From the NCBI RefSeq assembly GCF_030144855.1, contig NC_082709.1, positions 149,110,001 through 149,174,000 on the forward strand: a stretch of 64,000 nucleotides of DNA. Reading direction: 5' to 3'. This document shows, piece by piece, positions 38,040-52,336 of this stretch. This DNA is from Hypanus sabinus. Lineage: Eukaryota. The notes under the pieces were generated by a model. The model ran no database searches. It saw only the letters and a list, made by a program, of their open reading frames with translations, and was not told the DNA's origin. Within the stretch, counting starts at the first letter, position 1; the number at the start of each line of letters is the position of its first letter. A program made the translations under genes and the position numbers.

Positions 38040-39600
38040 AATGGTAAATTCCCTCCATGCACCTATCAAATTTCTCTTAAATTCACAATTTCTGCTGGCA
38101 GTTCATTCTGCACTCTCACCACCCTCTAGGTGAAGAAATTCCCCCTCATGTTCCCTTTCAACAATTCTCCTTTCATCTTAACCCATGACCTCTAGTTCCG
38201 GTCTCACCCATTCTCAGTGGAAAAAGCCTGCTCGCATCTATTGCTCAGAATTTTGTATACCTCCATCAAATCTCCTCTCATTCTTCTGTGCACTGTGGAC
38301 TAAAATCCTAACCTATTCAACCTTTCCCTATAACTCAGGTTCTCGGGTCCTAGTACTATTGTTGCAAATTTTCTCTGCACTCTTTCAATCTTATTGACTT
38401 GGTTCCTGTAGGCAGGTGGCCAGAAATGCACACGGTACTCCAAATTAGGCCTGACCAACGTCATATACAACTTCGACATAACACTGCCAACTCTGGTACT
38501 CAATACCGGACTATGAAGGCCTATGTGCCAAAACCTTTCTTAATGGCTCTATCTGTGATGCCACTTTCTCAGAATTATGGATCTATATTCCCCAGTCCCT
38601 CTGTTCTACCACACTCCTCAGTAAACCCAAGCCAGGTTTGTCCTACCAAAATGCACCTCCTCACACTGCCAGTTTTCAGCCAGTTTTTGTCATCTGGTCC
38701 AGTTCCTATTCCAAGCTTTGATAGTCTTCCTCACTGTCGGCTACACCCCCAATTTTGCTGTCATCACAAATTTGCTTATTGCTTATGTACAAGACCCAGA
38801 ACATATTCTCTGAAATGGATAACACTGAGGAATTTAAAGCTGCTGACACTCTCCACCTCTGATCTTCCAATGAGGACTGTCTTATGGACCTCCAGTTTCA
38901 CCCACCTGTAGTCAATAATCAGCTCTTTGGCCTTATGACATGCAGTGAGTGGTTCCTGTTGTAGCACCACACAATCAGGAATCTCATTCTTATCCACAGA
39001 AGCATCTGTCTGTTCCCCAAACCAATGACACCACTATCATTACAGCTCACCTCTTTTCCTCCCTTCCCTTCTCAGCCACAGTGCCAAAGACCTGACTGAC
39101 CATAAGAGCAGAATTGAGCCATCACGTTTGCCCCACTAGTTCATCATGGCTGATCCATTTCTCCTCTTGGCCCCAATCTCCTCCCTTCTCTCCATTTCCT
39201 CTCCTGCCCCAACCAATCAAGAATCTATCAACCTCTGCTTTAAAATGTACAAAATGACTTGGCCTCCACAGCTGCCTGTGACAACAACTTCCATAGATTT
39301 ACCACTCTCTGGTAAAGAAATTCCCCTTCATCTCCATTATGAAAGCCTCTATTCCGAGGCTGTGGTCTCTGGTCCTGGACTCTCCTACCATTAAAATCAT
39401 CTTCTCCACATCCACTCTATCAAGACCTTTCAACACTCGATATGTTTCAATGAGGTCACCTCTCATTCTTCTTAATTCCAGTGAATACAGGCCCAAAGCC
39501 ATCAAACACTTTTCATATGACAAGCCATTCAATCCTGGAATCATTTTCCTATGAAGAACTCCTATGAACCCACCTCAGTGTCAGTACATCCTTTCTAAGA
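38040..39600 (-). mobile_element. Stacked CR1 and Rex1 fragments
   Basis: RT C-terminal ORF pieces at 38300, 38776 and 39299. Confidence 0.75.
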
Positions 39601-39619
39601 GAGGTTGTTTAAGAGATAA

Positions 39620-42600
39620 CAGATCCATTGGTCATGATCTTTCAAGAATCAACTGATTCTGGATGGTTCCAGAAGAGTGCAAATGTTATTCCACTCTTTA
39701 AGAAGGCAAAGGAAAGGAAATTATTTGAGCATGTAGTTATTAAGAAAGAGGATGTGCTGGAGCTTTTGGAAAGCATCAGGTGGGATAAGTCACTGGGACT
39801 GGACAAGATGTATCCCAGTCAACTGTGGGAAGCATGGGAGGAATTTGCTGAGCCTCTGGCAATGATCTTTGCATCACCAATGTGGATGGGAGAGGTTCCA
39901 GAAGATTGGAGGGTTGAGGATGTTGTTCTGTTATTCAAGAAAGTGGGTAGATCTAGCCCAGGAAATTATAGATCAATGAGTCTTACATCAGTGGTTGGTA
40001 AGTTGATGGAGAAGATCCTGAGAGGCACGATTTATGAACATTTGGAAAGGCATAATATGATTAGGAATAGTCAGCATGGCTTTGTCAAAGGCAGTCATGC
40101 CTTGTGAGCCTGATTGAATTTTTTGAGGATGTGACTAAATGCATTGATGAAGGTAGAGCAGTAGAAGTAGTGTATATGGATTTCAGCAAACATTTGAGAA
40201 AGTATCCCATGAAAGGCTTATTGGGAAAGTAAGGAGGCATGGGATCCCAGGGGATATTATTTTGTGTGTAACCCCCAGGTTGCCTCAGGCTCGCTCAGCT
40301 TGTTCTCGTCTAGGGGGAGCAGCCTTCGACCCCACCAAACTGGGTAATCAGCTGGTGTGGATGCTGTGTGATGTCCCCGCCTTGCCCAAAAACAGACAGT
40401 TCACCATATGCGATTAAATTAGTACAATTTATAAAGGTTACTATAACTAAGTGATTAATAACGATACAGTATATATGAAGGGGAAAAAAATAAAGAAAAG
40501 GCGCCAAACTTATCAAAGTCCAAACCACTTCGTGCACAACCATTGGAGCTCAATTACTGAAGTCTTCTGGCCACTATTCAATCCCCTCTGAACCCCTCGA
40601 CTCGCTGCTCAGGACCACCCGAAGTGGTCAACCAAGCACATCTATCTTTGTCTCCTCTCCTCGGGGTACCTCCTAGCCTCGGACACCCACCTTGGGGTCC
40701 GTTCCACGCCCAGTTTACAGCGTCGCGTCCTCTCTCTCTCACCCCCTCACGCCGATCTTCCCAAAAGCCCGCCAACAATAGCTTACAGACTCAGAAGAAA
40801 GAACAACATTAATCCCAATTGGTTAACAAAGGAATACAATTCTCGTTAACGGTAAATTTTAACCCAAACAAGCTTCCAGCACTCTCTCGTAACAAAGAAG
40901 CATTCCTACTTTTAACAAAACAAAGAAGCCATTTTGATTACATACACAGTAACAAAGAAAAAGAAGAAATCCACTTTACACTCTCCCCCCACCAAATAAA
41001 AGTCATGTCCTGATAACTATTAAATAACTCGCCACCTTTCCTGCCAACACAACCTAACCCAAGCACAAACAGTGACATCTCCTCCCCACACAGTAAACCT
41101 CACGCCCTGTTCCTCAGGAGCTACCTAGGCCAACTATCTGGGAGTTCCCTAACCCTTCTGAGACCTCCGTACCCCCTCACCTAAACCCTTCAGGCTCGGA
41201 CACAACTGGGGATACCTTGGGCCCACTACCAACTCCTCTCTCAACCTCTCACTCATGCCCCACACTGCACACAGCTAACCCTCCCCGCTACACCTGACTC
41301 AATGGGAGAAGGGCCAAAGGTCTCTTCCTCAATCGAGGGAAAGTCAGCAAAAGGCAGCATGTACCACACATCCAGCACATTATCCATCGAATCTGTATTC
41401 TTCCTCATTTCTGCGATTGGTAGCTGCTGTTTGATCTTCTCCAAATGGAAACACGTGGCCTGCATTGCTCCTGCAGTCTCTTCAGCCTCCTGTTCAGTAT
41501 TCACGGCACTTCTCTCCAACTTTTTCTTCCTCATGACTTCTTCCAGATCAACTTTCTCCAGTCTCTTCATCTTCATTTCAAACTTGATTCTGTAGAGACA
41601 GTCACTCATGAGCTGCAACCTTCGCCAGCCCTGGCACGTGTCCAGAAAACACTTTAACTCTGTAGTTCTCAGCCACTCCTGCAACGACCTCACTTCATAT
41701 TCTCCTGAGGCAAATCCAAATACCAAGATATCATCCACATACACCAAAACGCCTCCATATCCCCTATGGTCTTCCACCTGCCCCGCAGGAAGGTTGCAAG
41801 GGCTCCGGATATGCCCTGTGGCATCTTTTCGGACTGGAAGACTCCTAGGGAATTTATAACGGCCATCTTCTCCTTGTCGGCCCCACTCATCGGGATCTGG
41901 CAACATCCACTCCTCAGATCCAGCACCTTAAACCACGTCGCACCACTCAGACAGGCCATCGCCTCTCTGGCCCTCAGGGCCATATTCTGGTCACTGACAG
42001 TGCGCCTCTTCAACGCAATATAATCCATACACACGCTGCCTACATCTTCCACGGCTGTAGGGGCCAGTCGCCGCAACCTCTCTCTCTCTCTCCGAGGTGT
42101 CTTCAGCGGTCAACTTCCCTCCCTCGTGGTATTTCGCAGTGTCCACTAAGAGGGTCTCATCCTCAGATACTTTCCCCAGGCCGTACCACCACCGGCTCTT
42201 GTTTGAATTCGGTATCGGCCCAATGCTGCTACACATGTCCGCACAAGCTGCTCGAAACCCTGGGTGCATCGACAATGCCTCCAAACAGCGCTCACCCGCC
42301 TCCTCTGGGCAGGCCCCCAAGCGCACCAGCAGGATATTGGTTCTCTCCAGAACCGAAATGCTGCCCATCTCAACAGTGTCCGGACACATCAGCATTAACG
42401 ATTCACGAACCTCAGTCACCTCCACATTTGCCTCTAAGAACTCCATTTTCACTGACCAACAACCGTCATCTGGATAATCACCGACACCGGCACCCCAAAT
42501 CTCCAGTGCCCTCAATGTCGTCAAGGGTAAATGCTTCCAATAACGGTTAGAAAACAAACTGTAAAGCAAATTAACCGGCGCCCCGGTGCCGAAGATGGCT

Positions 42601-45160
42601 TTAACTTGACTTCCATCCATCCGTAACAACACCTGTGCGCTTGGTCCCTCTAAGCCTTCAGGAATAGGGTCTGTTACTTTCGGGAGTTCCTTGGTACATT
42701 GCTGGGAACGTGCTCCCCCAGAGACCCCAAGCCATTCCCCCACAGGGCCTCCTCTAAGTTTCCCGACACCTCTCGGATCAACGGAACAACTGATCCCCTT
42801 GACAGATCCCCTTGGCACTGCAAGCAATTTATCTGCCCCCCTAGACAAAAGGGATACCCTAAAAACTTCCCACAAATCTCCTGCCACGGATATGATAAGC
42901 CCCCCAGCTGCGGCATTTGACTTCCAGTCGAACCACACACATTTTCCCACACTTTCACATAACTGACAGCTGTCACCCCGAGGTAATTGTACCCAACAGT
43001 TCTAACAATGCCACCAGCCCGCCTACTCAAACTTCCAACCAATTCCTGTCGCTTTCCCTCAGCCAAGCACTGCCACTCACCCAACAACTGAGAGGTCTGC
43101 TCCACCCACGCCTCCGCCCCTTTAGGGCTGGACATTATTCCAACAACCGGGCGGAGCTCACCACTGCTGAAACATCCCAACCTGTCACTCCTCAATCTCC
43201 AAACAGTACGGACAACCCATGGTCCCACCACCATTTCGTCAGCGTTAGTCGGAACTTGAACAACGCCCCCTGGGGCACCAACAGCCACCCCACCCAACAC
43301 ACATACAGAGATAACCAGCAATCGCACACCCACAAAGGCACACCAGCTCTTTGCCACAGACATAATTTAAATAGGGTGATCACACAGCTTCCACGGAAAT
43401 CAACCCCGGATGAGCACCCCACAATGTAACCCCCTGGGTCACCTCAGGCTCGCTCAGCTCGTTCTCGTCTAGGGGAAGCAGCCTTTGGCCCCGCCAAACT
43501 GGGTAATCAGCTGGTGTGGATGCTGTGTGATGTCCCCGCCTCGCCCAAAAACAGACAGCACACCATATGCGATTAAATGAGTACAATTTATAAAGGTTAC
43601 TATAACTAAGTGATTAATAACGATACAGTATATATGAAGAGAAAATTAAAGAAAAGGCGCCAAACTTATCAAAGTCCAAACCACTTCGTGCACAACCGTT
43701 GGGAGCTCAATTACTGAAGTCTTCTGGCCACTATTTGATCCCCTCTGAACCCCTCGACTCGCTGCTCAGGACCACCCGAAGTGGAAAACCAAGCACATCT
43801 ATCTTCGTCTCCTCTCCTCCTGGCCTCGGAACCCCCCCCCCCCCCCCTTGGGGTCCGTTCCTCGCCCAGCTTACAGCATCGCGCCCTCTCTCTCTCACCC
43901 CCTTGCGCCAATCTCCCCAAAAGCCTGCCAACAATAGCTTACAGACTCAGAAGAAAGAACAACATTAATCCCAATTGGTTTACAAAGGAATACAATTCTC
44001 GTTATCAGTAAATTTTAACCCAAACAAGCTTCCAGCACTCTCTCGTAACAAAGAAGCATTCCTACTTTTAACAAAACAAAGAAGCCATTTTGATTACATA
44101 CACAGTAACAAAGAAAAAGAAGAAATCCACTTTACATGTGGACCCAGAACTGGCTTGCTCACAGAAGGCAAAGAGTGTTTGTAGACGGGTCATATTCTGC
44201 ATGGAGGTCGGTGACCAGTGGTGTGCCTCTGATCTGTTCTGGAACCTTTACTCTTCATGACTTTTATAAATGACCTGGATGAGGAAGTGGAGGGATGGGT
44301 TAGTAAGTTTGCTGATGACACAAAGGTTGGAGGTGTTATGGATAGTGTGGAGGGCTGACCAGAGTTTACAGTGGGACATTGATAGGATACAAAACTGGGC
44401 TGAGAAGTGGCAGATGGAGTTCAACCCAGCTAAGTGTGAGGTGGGTCAAATATGATGGCAGAATATAGTATTAATGGTAAGACTCTTGGCAGTGTGGAGC
44501 ATCAGAGGGATCTTGGGGTCTGAGTCCATAGGATGCTCAAAGCTGCTAAATAGGTTGACTTTGTGGTTAAGAAAGCATATGGAGCATTGGCCTTCATCAA
44601 TTGTCGGATTGAGTTTAGGAGCCAAGAGGTAATGTTGCAGCTATATAGGACCCTGGTCAGATCCCATTTGGAGTACTGTGATATTTCTGGTCGCCTCACT
44701 ATAGGAAGGATTTGGAAACCATAGAAAGGGGGCACAGGAGGTTTTCAAGGATGTTGCCTGGACTGGGGAGCATGCCTTGTGAGAATAGGCTGAATAAACT
44801 TGGCCATATTTCCCTGGAGTGGCGGAGGATGAGAGGTGATCTGATAGAGGTGTATAAGATGATGAGAGGTATTGAATGTGTGGATAATCAGAGGCTTTTT
44901 CCAGGGCTGAAATGGCTAGCATGAGAAGGCATAGTTTTAAGGTGCTTGGAAATAGGTACAGAGGTGATGTCAGTGGTAAGTTTTTTTTTAAACGCAGAGA
45001 GTGGTGAGTGTGTGGAATGAGCTGCCAGCGAAGTGGTGGTGGCAAATACAACAGAGTCTTTTAAGAGACTCCTGGATAGGTACATGGAGCTCAGAAAAAT
45101 AGAGGGCTCTGGGCAAACCTAAGTAATTTCTAAGTTAGGGACCTGTTTGGCACAGCTTTG
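39620..45160 (+). mobile_element. CR1 RT fragment split by the Gypsy insertion (39620-40266 and 44137-45160)
   Basis: RT sequence reads through across the TGTG target duplication. Confidence 0.85.
40267..44136 (-). mobile_element. Gypsy/Ty3 LTR retrotransposon, degenerate and without integrase
   Basis: LTRs 40267-40980 and 43425-44136 with TGTAA...TTACA ends; TGTG target duplication; tRNA-Pro-like PBS at ~43405-43421; PPT at 40981-40993; PNMA-like gag, protease and RT (YVDDILVFG) remnants. Confidence 0.93.
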
Positions 45161-47743
45161 TGGGCCAAAGGGCCTGTATTGTGCTGCAGATTTTCAATGT
45201 TTGTGTTTGCTCCTTTTCAGTCTTCTGGAACCATACCAGAAACTAGTCATTCCTAGAAGATCATTACTAATGCCTCCACAGTTTCTCCTGCCTCCTTTTT
45301 TAGAGCCCTGGGCTGTATACCATCTGGTCCAGGTGACTTATTTAATTTCAGACCTTTCAGTTTCCCAAGAACCTTCTCCTTAAAAATGGAAAATCAACAC
45401 ACTTCTAGCCCCTGACACTCTGGAACCCACTATACTGCTGGTGTCTTCCATAGTGAAGACAGATGCAAAATACTTCATCTGCCATTTACTTGTCCCCCAT
45501 TACTATCTCAACAGCATCATTTTCCAGTGGTCCAATATCTATTCAAACCTGTCTTTTACACTTCATGTATCTCAAGAAACTTTTCTTTAATATTATTGGC
45601 CAGCTTATTTTCGTATTCCATTTTTTTCCTTCTTAGTGATGTTTGTAGTTGCCTTCTGTTGGTTTTTAAAAGCTTCCCAATCCTCTAATTTTTGCTCTAT
45701 TACATCCCCTGTCTTTGGCGTTTATGCTGGCTTTAACTTGTTTGCCATGCTTGTGTCATCTTGCCTTTTGAATGGGTCTTCCTCTTTGGGATGTATTTAT
45801 CTTGTGCCTGCTGAATTGCTTAGAGAAATTCCAGACATTGCTGCCATGTCATCATCCCAGCCAGTGTTCTTTTCTAATCAATTCTGTCCAACTCCTCTCA
45901 GGCCTCTGTAATTCCCTTTACTCCACTCTAATATGGATCATCTGACCTTAATTTCCCTTCTCAAATTCAGGGTGAAATTAGTCATATTATGATCACTTGC
46001 CACTAAAGGTTCTTTTACCTTCAGCTCTCTAATCAATTCTGGTTCACTGCCCAACACCCAATCCAGAATAGCTGATCCCCTAGTGGCCTCAACCATTAGC
46101 TGAGCAGCTCTAAAAAGAACAGCTTTTAGGCACTCTGGAAATTCCCACTCCTGGAATCTACTCCTGTTGTAATTGGCAGACTGCATTCTTATTACCATTT
46201 GTTAATAACTCCCATCAGGGTCTTTTCACCCGTGCAGTGGTTTAGCTCTATGCACAATGATTTGACACCTTTTGTCCATGCATCATCTCTTTCTAATGAT
46301 TTAAGTTTTTACCAATGGAGCTTTCAACCATGATTTTGTCATGCCTACGTCATACCTGCCAATCTGTAACTGTGTTACAAGTGCACCTGTTGCAATGAGT
46401 GACTGAGGAAATGAACCGAGGTGCAGGACGCAGACGGAGATTGAGTTTGGATGCTTACATGGGTATGAATACTGAACAGCAAATAGGAGAGATCTTGACA
46501 TGGAGCCCTGATATGTAACCTCGACATGGAGCCTTGACTCAGAGACTTGACACAGTGCCCTGACTCAGAGAAATGGCGTCTCATAGGAAACCCTTGAAAC
46601 TGGAGCTAGGCTTAGAACAAATGGTTCTAAGCAGTCGGGAAATGTAGTTAACTCACAGTTAAAAAAAACAACGAATTGGTAACTAGTGGTTGTGACGCTG
46701 GAGTTCTTGTACTGCAGTTCTTGATGGAAACCAGGTGTGCCATCATCAAAGCGAATGAGAAGCAATTGGGAAATTAATGGTCAGAACTGTGACACAATCA
46801 AAGGAAATTAGGAGCAGGATAGAAAAATAATGATCAGGGCAGTGACAGCACCTACCTACCTTATTCCGTTTACTACATTCATTAAAATATAACAATTTCA
46901 GCACTGTATTCACCCTTTTCAATGTTCTCCCCTTTTACACTGCAACTCATCCTGTTGACTGCAGATTTGCCCTGTCAACAGCCCTTCCTTTCTAGGAGTC
47001 TCATTGCAAATTGCTTTTGTTTGTAAGCCAACTCCCTCATCCTCAGGACTAGCACCTCTGTTCCCATCATGCTACCAAATTAGTTTAAACCTTCCCAAAC
47101 AAATCAACTGTTCTCAGACTTCCAGCCGGGTATTGATTATAATTAACGTTTCGATGTCAATCTCTGCCATCTTCTTCAGAGATAATGCCTGGGCATGTCT
47201 TGTCCAGGGGTATTTAAACCCCCGTTGTCCGTTCCTCCGGTTTGGTAAATGTTCATCAAATCAGGGTTCAGCTCCCCCACCTTGTTAACAATTGAATTCC
47301 AGTTCATCCGTTAGAGGAGGAGCTTTGTTACACACAGTGATAGCACTAGATCCATTTACAAACCTGCCTGTGAGGATGTCGGAGCCTCTCGGGCACAGTT
47401 TGTACCTTGATCCCAATGATCCATCAATCTGAACCCCTGTCCCCCACACCAGTTCCTCAGCCACGCCTTCGCCTGCCAAGTCATCCCATTTTTACACTCA
47501 CTGTTGCTTTCTATCCTCTGCCCGGTCATCCATGCCAACTGTGTCTTAAGTTCAAAGTATGTATACTTTATACAAGCTTAAAAATTGTTTCCTTACAGGC
47601 AGAGAACCCCAACAGAACCCGTTAGAAACAAAATAAGACCATCAAACACCTTGTGTGCAGGGAGAGAGAAAAATAATGCAGAATATAAAAGGCAAGGGAA
47701 CACCACTGAGAACTGAAGTTTACAAAGCCAGGCATCATAGAAT

Positions 47744-50140
47744 CATACAACATTACAGCACAGAAACAGGGCCTTCAGCCCTTCTTGGCTGTGCTGAACC
47801 ATTTCTCTGCCTAGTCCCACTGACCATATCGCTGCATAACCCCTCTCATCCATGTAGCTATCCAAGGTTTTCTTAAATGTTAAAAGGGAGTCCACATTTA
47901 CCACTTCATCTGGCAGCTCATTCCACACTCCCAATTACTCTCTGTGTGAAGAAGCCCCTCACTAATGTTCCCATTAAACTTTTCCCCCTTCACCTTTAAC
48001 CCATGTCCTCTGGTTTTTTTCTCCCCTAGCCTTAGTGGAAAAAGCCTGCTTGCATTCACTATCTATACCCATCATAATTTTATATACCTCTATTAAATCT
48101 CCCCTCATTCTTCTACACTCCAGGGAATAAAGTCCTAACCTATTCAACCTTTCTCGGTAGCTCAGTTTCTCAAGTTCCAGCAACATCCTTGTAAACCTTC
48201 TCTGCACTCTTTCAACCTTATTAATATCCTTCTTGTAATTCAGTGACCAAAACTGCATACAATTCTCCAAATTTGGCCTCACCAATGTTTTATACATCAC
48301 CATAACACTCCAACTCTTACACTCAATATTCTGATTTATAAAGGCAATGTACCAAAAGCTCTCTTTACAACCCTATCTAGCTGTGACACCACTTTTAGGG
48401 AATTATGTATCTGTATTCCCAGATCCCTCTATTCTACTGCACTCCTCAGTGTCCTATCATTTTTCTTGGATGTTCTACCTTGGTTTGTCCTTCCAAAGTG
48501 CAATACTTCACACTTGTCTACATGAAACTCCATCTGCCATTTTTCAGCCTATTTTTCCAGCTGGTCCAAATCCCTCTGCAAGCTTTGAAAACCTTCCTCA
48601 CTGTCCACTACACCTCCAATCTTTGTATCATCAGCAAATTTGCTGATCCAATTTACCACATTATCATCCAGATCATTGATATAGATGACAAATAACAATG
48701 GACCCAGCACTGATCCCTGTGGCACACCACTAGTCACAGGCCTCCACTCAGAGAAACAATCCTCCACTACCACTCTCTGACTTCTTCCACTGAGCCAATG
48801 TCTAATCCAATTTACCACCTCTCCATGTATACCTAACGACTGAATCTTCCTAACCTCCCATGCGGGACCTTGTCAAAGGCCTTACTGAAGTCCATGTAGA
48901 CAACATCCACTGCCTTCCCTTCATCCACTTTCCTGGTAATCTCCTCGAAAAATTCTAATAGATTGGTTAAACATGACGTACCACGCACAAAGCCATGTTG
49001 ACTCTCCCTAATAAGTCCCTGTCTATCCAAATACTTGTAGATCCTATCTCTTAGTACTCCTTCCAATAATTTACCTACTACTGGCATCAAAATTACAGGC
49101 CCATAATTTCCCGGATTACTTTTAGAGCTTTTTTTAAACAACGGAACAACATGAGCTATCCTCCAATCCTCCGGCACCTCACCCGTAGATACCTACGTTT
49201 TAAATATATCCGCCAGGGGCCCTGCAATTTCAACACTAGTCCCTTTCAATTTCTGAGGGAATACCCTGTCAGGTCCTGAGGATTTATCTACTCTGATTTG
49301 CCTCAAGGCAGCAAGCACCTCCTCTGCTTCAACCTGTATAGGTTCCATGACCTCACTACTTGTTTGCCTTATTTCCATAGACTGCATGCCAGTTTCCTTA
49401 GTAAATACAGATGCAAAAAACCCATTTAAGATCCCCCCCCCCCACCATAATTTCTTTTGGTTCCATACATCACCGACCACTCTGATCTTCGGGAGGACCA
49501 ATTTTATCCCTTACTATCCTTTTGCTCTTAATATACCTGTAGAAGCTCTTAGGATTAACCTTCAGCTTGACTGCCAAAGCAACCTCATGTCTTCTTTTAG
49601 CCTTCTTGATTTCTTTCTTAAGTATTTTTTGTACTTTTTATACCACCCAACAGTTGGTATACAAATCGGTATACTTGTTGAGGTGAATGGCCACAGGGGA
49701 GCCCTGCTCTGCCTGCCCTTTCCCCTTCCCTCGCCTGTGCCCTGCTTCTTTGGCGTAACTACCTCCCTGAAGCTACTATCTATAAACACCTCGTTCTCCT
49801 GAATGATCCGGAGGTCATCCAGCTCCCTAACGCGGTTTGTTAGGAGCCGCAGGTGTCGTTGTCAGGGACACCAGAGGTCTCCTTGACTTCCCACATATCC
49901 TGCAAGAGGAGCATTCCAACTTCCTGCCTGGCATTCTCTCTACCCTGAACAAACAAAACTTACCGGAACCTACCCTCACCCCTGAGCCAAAGCCGCCCCA
50001 CTCCGCCGCCTGCTGGATAGGGTGGTCACCCTTTTTAAACCTTTGGCTGACGTCACGTGCCCGCGCAGTACCACCTTCTTTCCCGAGCTGTGTAAAAAAA
50101 TGGCTTCTCTCCGAGATTCCTTGCTCAATCACTCTCAGCC
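47744..50140 (-). mobile_element. CR1 LINE, duplicated copy
   Basis: ORF fragments identical to 3555-5950. Confidence 0.88.
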
Positions 50141-50924
50141 TCTAGCTCCGATCATTGCAGGCGATCCAGCAGACCACTAAACTGCAGGCCACAGCCTCAG
50201 GTCAACGCAGATACGAGCAAACCCCGCGGAGTATTGAGCCGGGGTGACCCGCCCTCGCTTCCGACCCCGACACCCAGACTATTTCAATCTGGCCCGACGC
50301 TTAAATCGTATAAATCGCTGGTCGTTCCTCACTCTCTGCCACTTCGATACGCTCTTCGGCTCCATTCAGTCGGTGCACGACCTTCCCAATTCAGTTCGGC
50401 TCTTAAATCATTCGAGCCTCGGATCCTTCCTCCACTTCGCCCTGCCTTGGTTCTGCCGCATGGAATTGCCTCCAAGCCAGCTCCAGCAACTCCGAGTCCG
50501 GACTTGCTACAACCGTCCTGCCGCCTTTCGTTGCTTTATGAGTGGACAATTGTTTATTACTTGTCAATATTTTTCATATAGTTGGCCTTCCATTTTCTAA
50601 TAAAAATGACCTTGTCTTCGTCCGATAATCTACCTAACTGGAACCCCGCGCTCTTGTAATTATTCTATTCAACCCGTCTGTATCTTCTGCCTATTTTACG
50701 ATAACATACAGCTCCAGTTTCTTTATATCAATTCCGTATATTGAAATAAATGATTCTGCAATAAAAGTCTGTAGATACTGAGGGCGTTACCCGAATTTTT
50801 GCTCTTCAGCTTAACGAATGGCATTCACCCCAAGGTTTGTATAAATTTACAAAATGTACTTCCAATTTCACCCGTGATTCGGAGGAGCAAGTTGTGGGAT
50901 TTATTCCCGTTGTAAACCACTTAC

Positions 50925-51218
50925 CTCGGTTGAAAGTCAAACTTTTCCTCACACTCCCTGTAACGTGGTGAACCAGGCAGGTGGCGACGGGAACTGACCC
51001 CCGCCGACAGTCGGTCACCCGCAGCCGGGAGCTCAGGTTGTAGGTATGGTCCTCGTTTACCCTCAGCGGATCCGCCTCTGTTTCATACAAGACATTTCCC
51101 GTTACAGTCCAAGAAATATTCAGATCTTCCGGGAAAAATCCCGCAGCCATACAAATCAGGGTCTGAACCCCAGCGGCTTCGTTCTTGGGATCCAGAACGA
51201 GGGAGACGTCAGGCTTCG
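50925..51218 (-). CDS. Copy B C1-e (membrane-proximal) exon
   Basis: Open 294-nt exon, GTAAGT donor, extra Cys in VTDCRRG; no V exon between it and C1-d. Confidence 0.9.
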
Positions 51219-52336
51219 CTGCAGATAACGGGAGAATTAACACATGGTGAATGTTGCTGTAACCCAGATGGATACAGACAGCAACAGTGGACACAACTGA
51301 AGACGGTGCACGATACAAAGTAACACTCTAATCCAAGTTGATTATTATCTGTCTCAAAATTCACACTGGTAGGAAGAGAAACAAAATAGAGCACGGGAAA
51401 GGAATGAATTCGAAATGTGACATTTCACGGTTCTGATTCCACATTACCAATCCCTTTGGTGTTTACCGTACTTCATGTCGGCGTTGAAAAGCGGTCTGAG
51501 GTTCGCGTTTTAACCGCCTCTCTTCCGACGAACTTTTGGGAATTTGTATGAACAATCCTGCTGCCCCTGGACGTGGTGGCGCTGATGAATTCAGCGACAG
51601 GTCTTCTCTTCCCCATGCGGGAGATTGTTTCGGTGTTGGTTAATCTGATTACTTTGGGTCAGAAGCAAAACACAAACCAAACGCGGCAAAGTTGATGATG
51701 TTCCCTCAATAGAGCTACTGAACTTCGCTCCGTTGAGAACAAAATTAGAAAGGGCTTGATAATCGGTGCACAATAGTATCTGTATGAAGGAAACCGGTTA
51801 CCTTTACGGACTTGTGGGCATTTTAGTTAGGAGTCTCAACGTTATATTTAAAAAGTCTTGAAGTCGAAGCTTTAACTCCAAAGCCCCCCTAACAACGTGT
51901 CTATTCCGTGTTCGCGAACCGTGGGCTTTGTTCCTTTTGTAAACCACCAACCTCGGCTAAAATTGAGAGGTTTATGTAGAAAGTTAGCGAGGGTGGGTGC
52001 TTCTAATCCAGAATCCGAGGGTACTCACAGGTGTTTGTTTCTGTCTAGTTAGTACTTATTACCAATTCCATTCATAAATCTTCACAAGTAGCATAATTAT
52101 TTGAAATATGCACGATAACATACTGCGCAAGTTTTCTATCAATTCAATAAATTGAAATAAATGATCTGGCAATAAGAGACTGTAGATATTGAGGGCGTTA
52201 CACGATTTTTTTACTCTTCAGATTAACGAATTGCTTTCGACCTATTATTTGTATTAATTTACAAATTTTATCTCCAATTTTCACCAGTAATTGGGAGAAG
52301 CAGGTTGTGGGATTTATTCCTGTGTGAAACACCTAC

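Larger units (their letters stand above)
44203..51330. repeat. Segmental duplication block 1, right copy
   Basis: As above. Confidence 0.97.

Noticed and set aside
41991-43363. Domesticated PNMA-like gene
   Set aside because: Lies between intact LTRs with PBS, PPT and TSD and is frameshifted; ordinary retrotransposon gag/pro.
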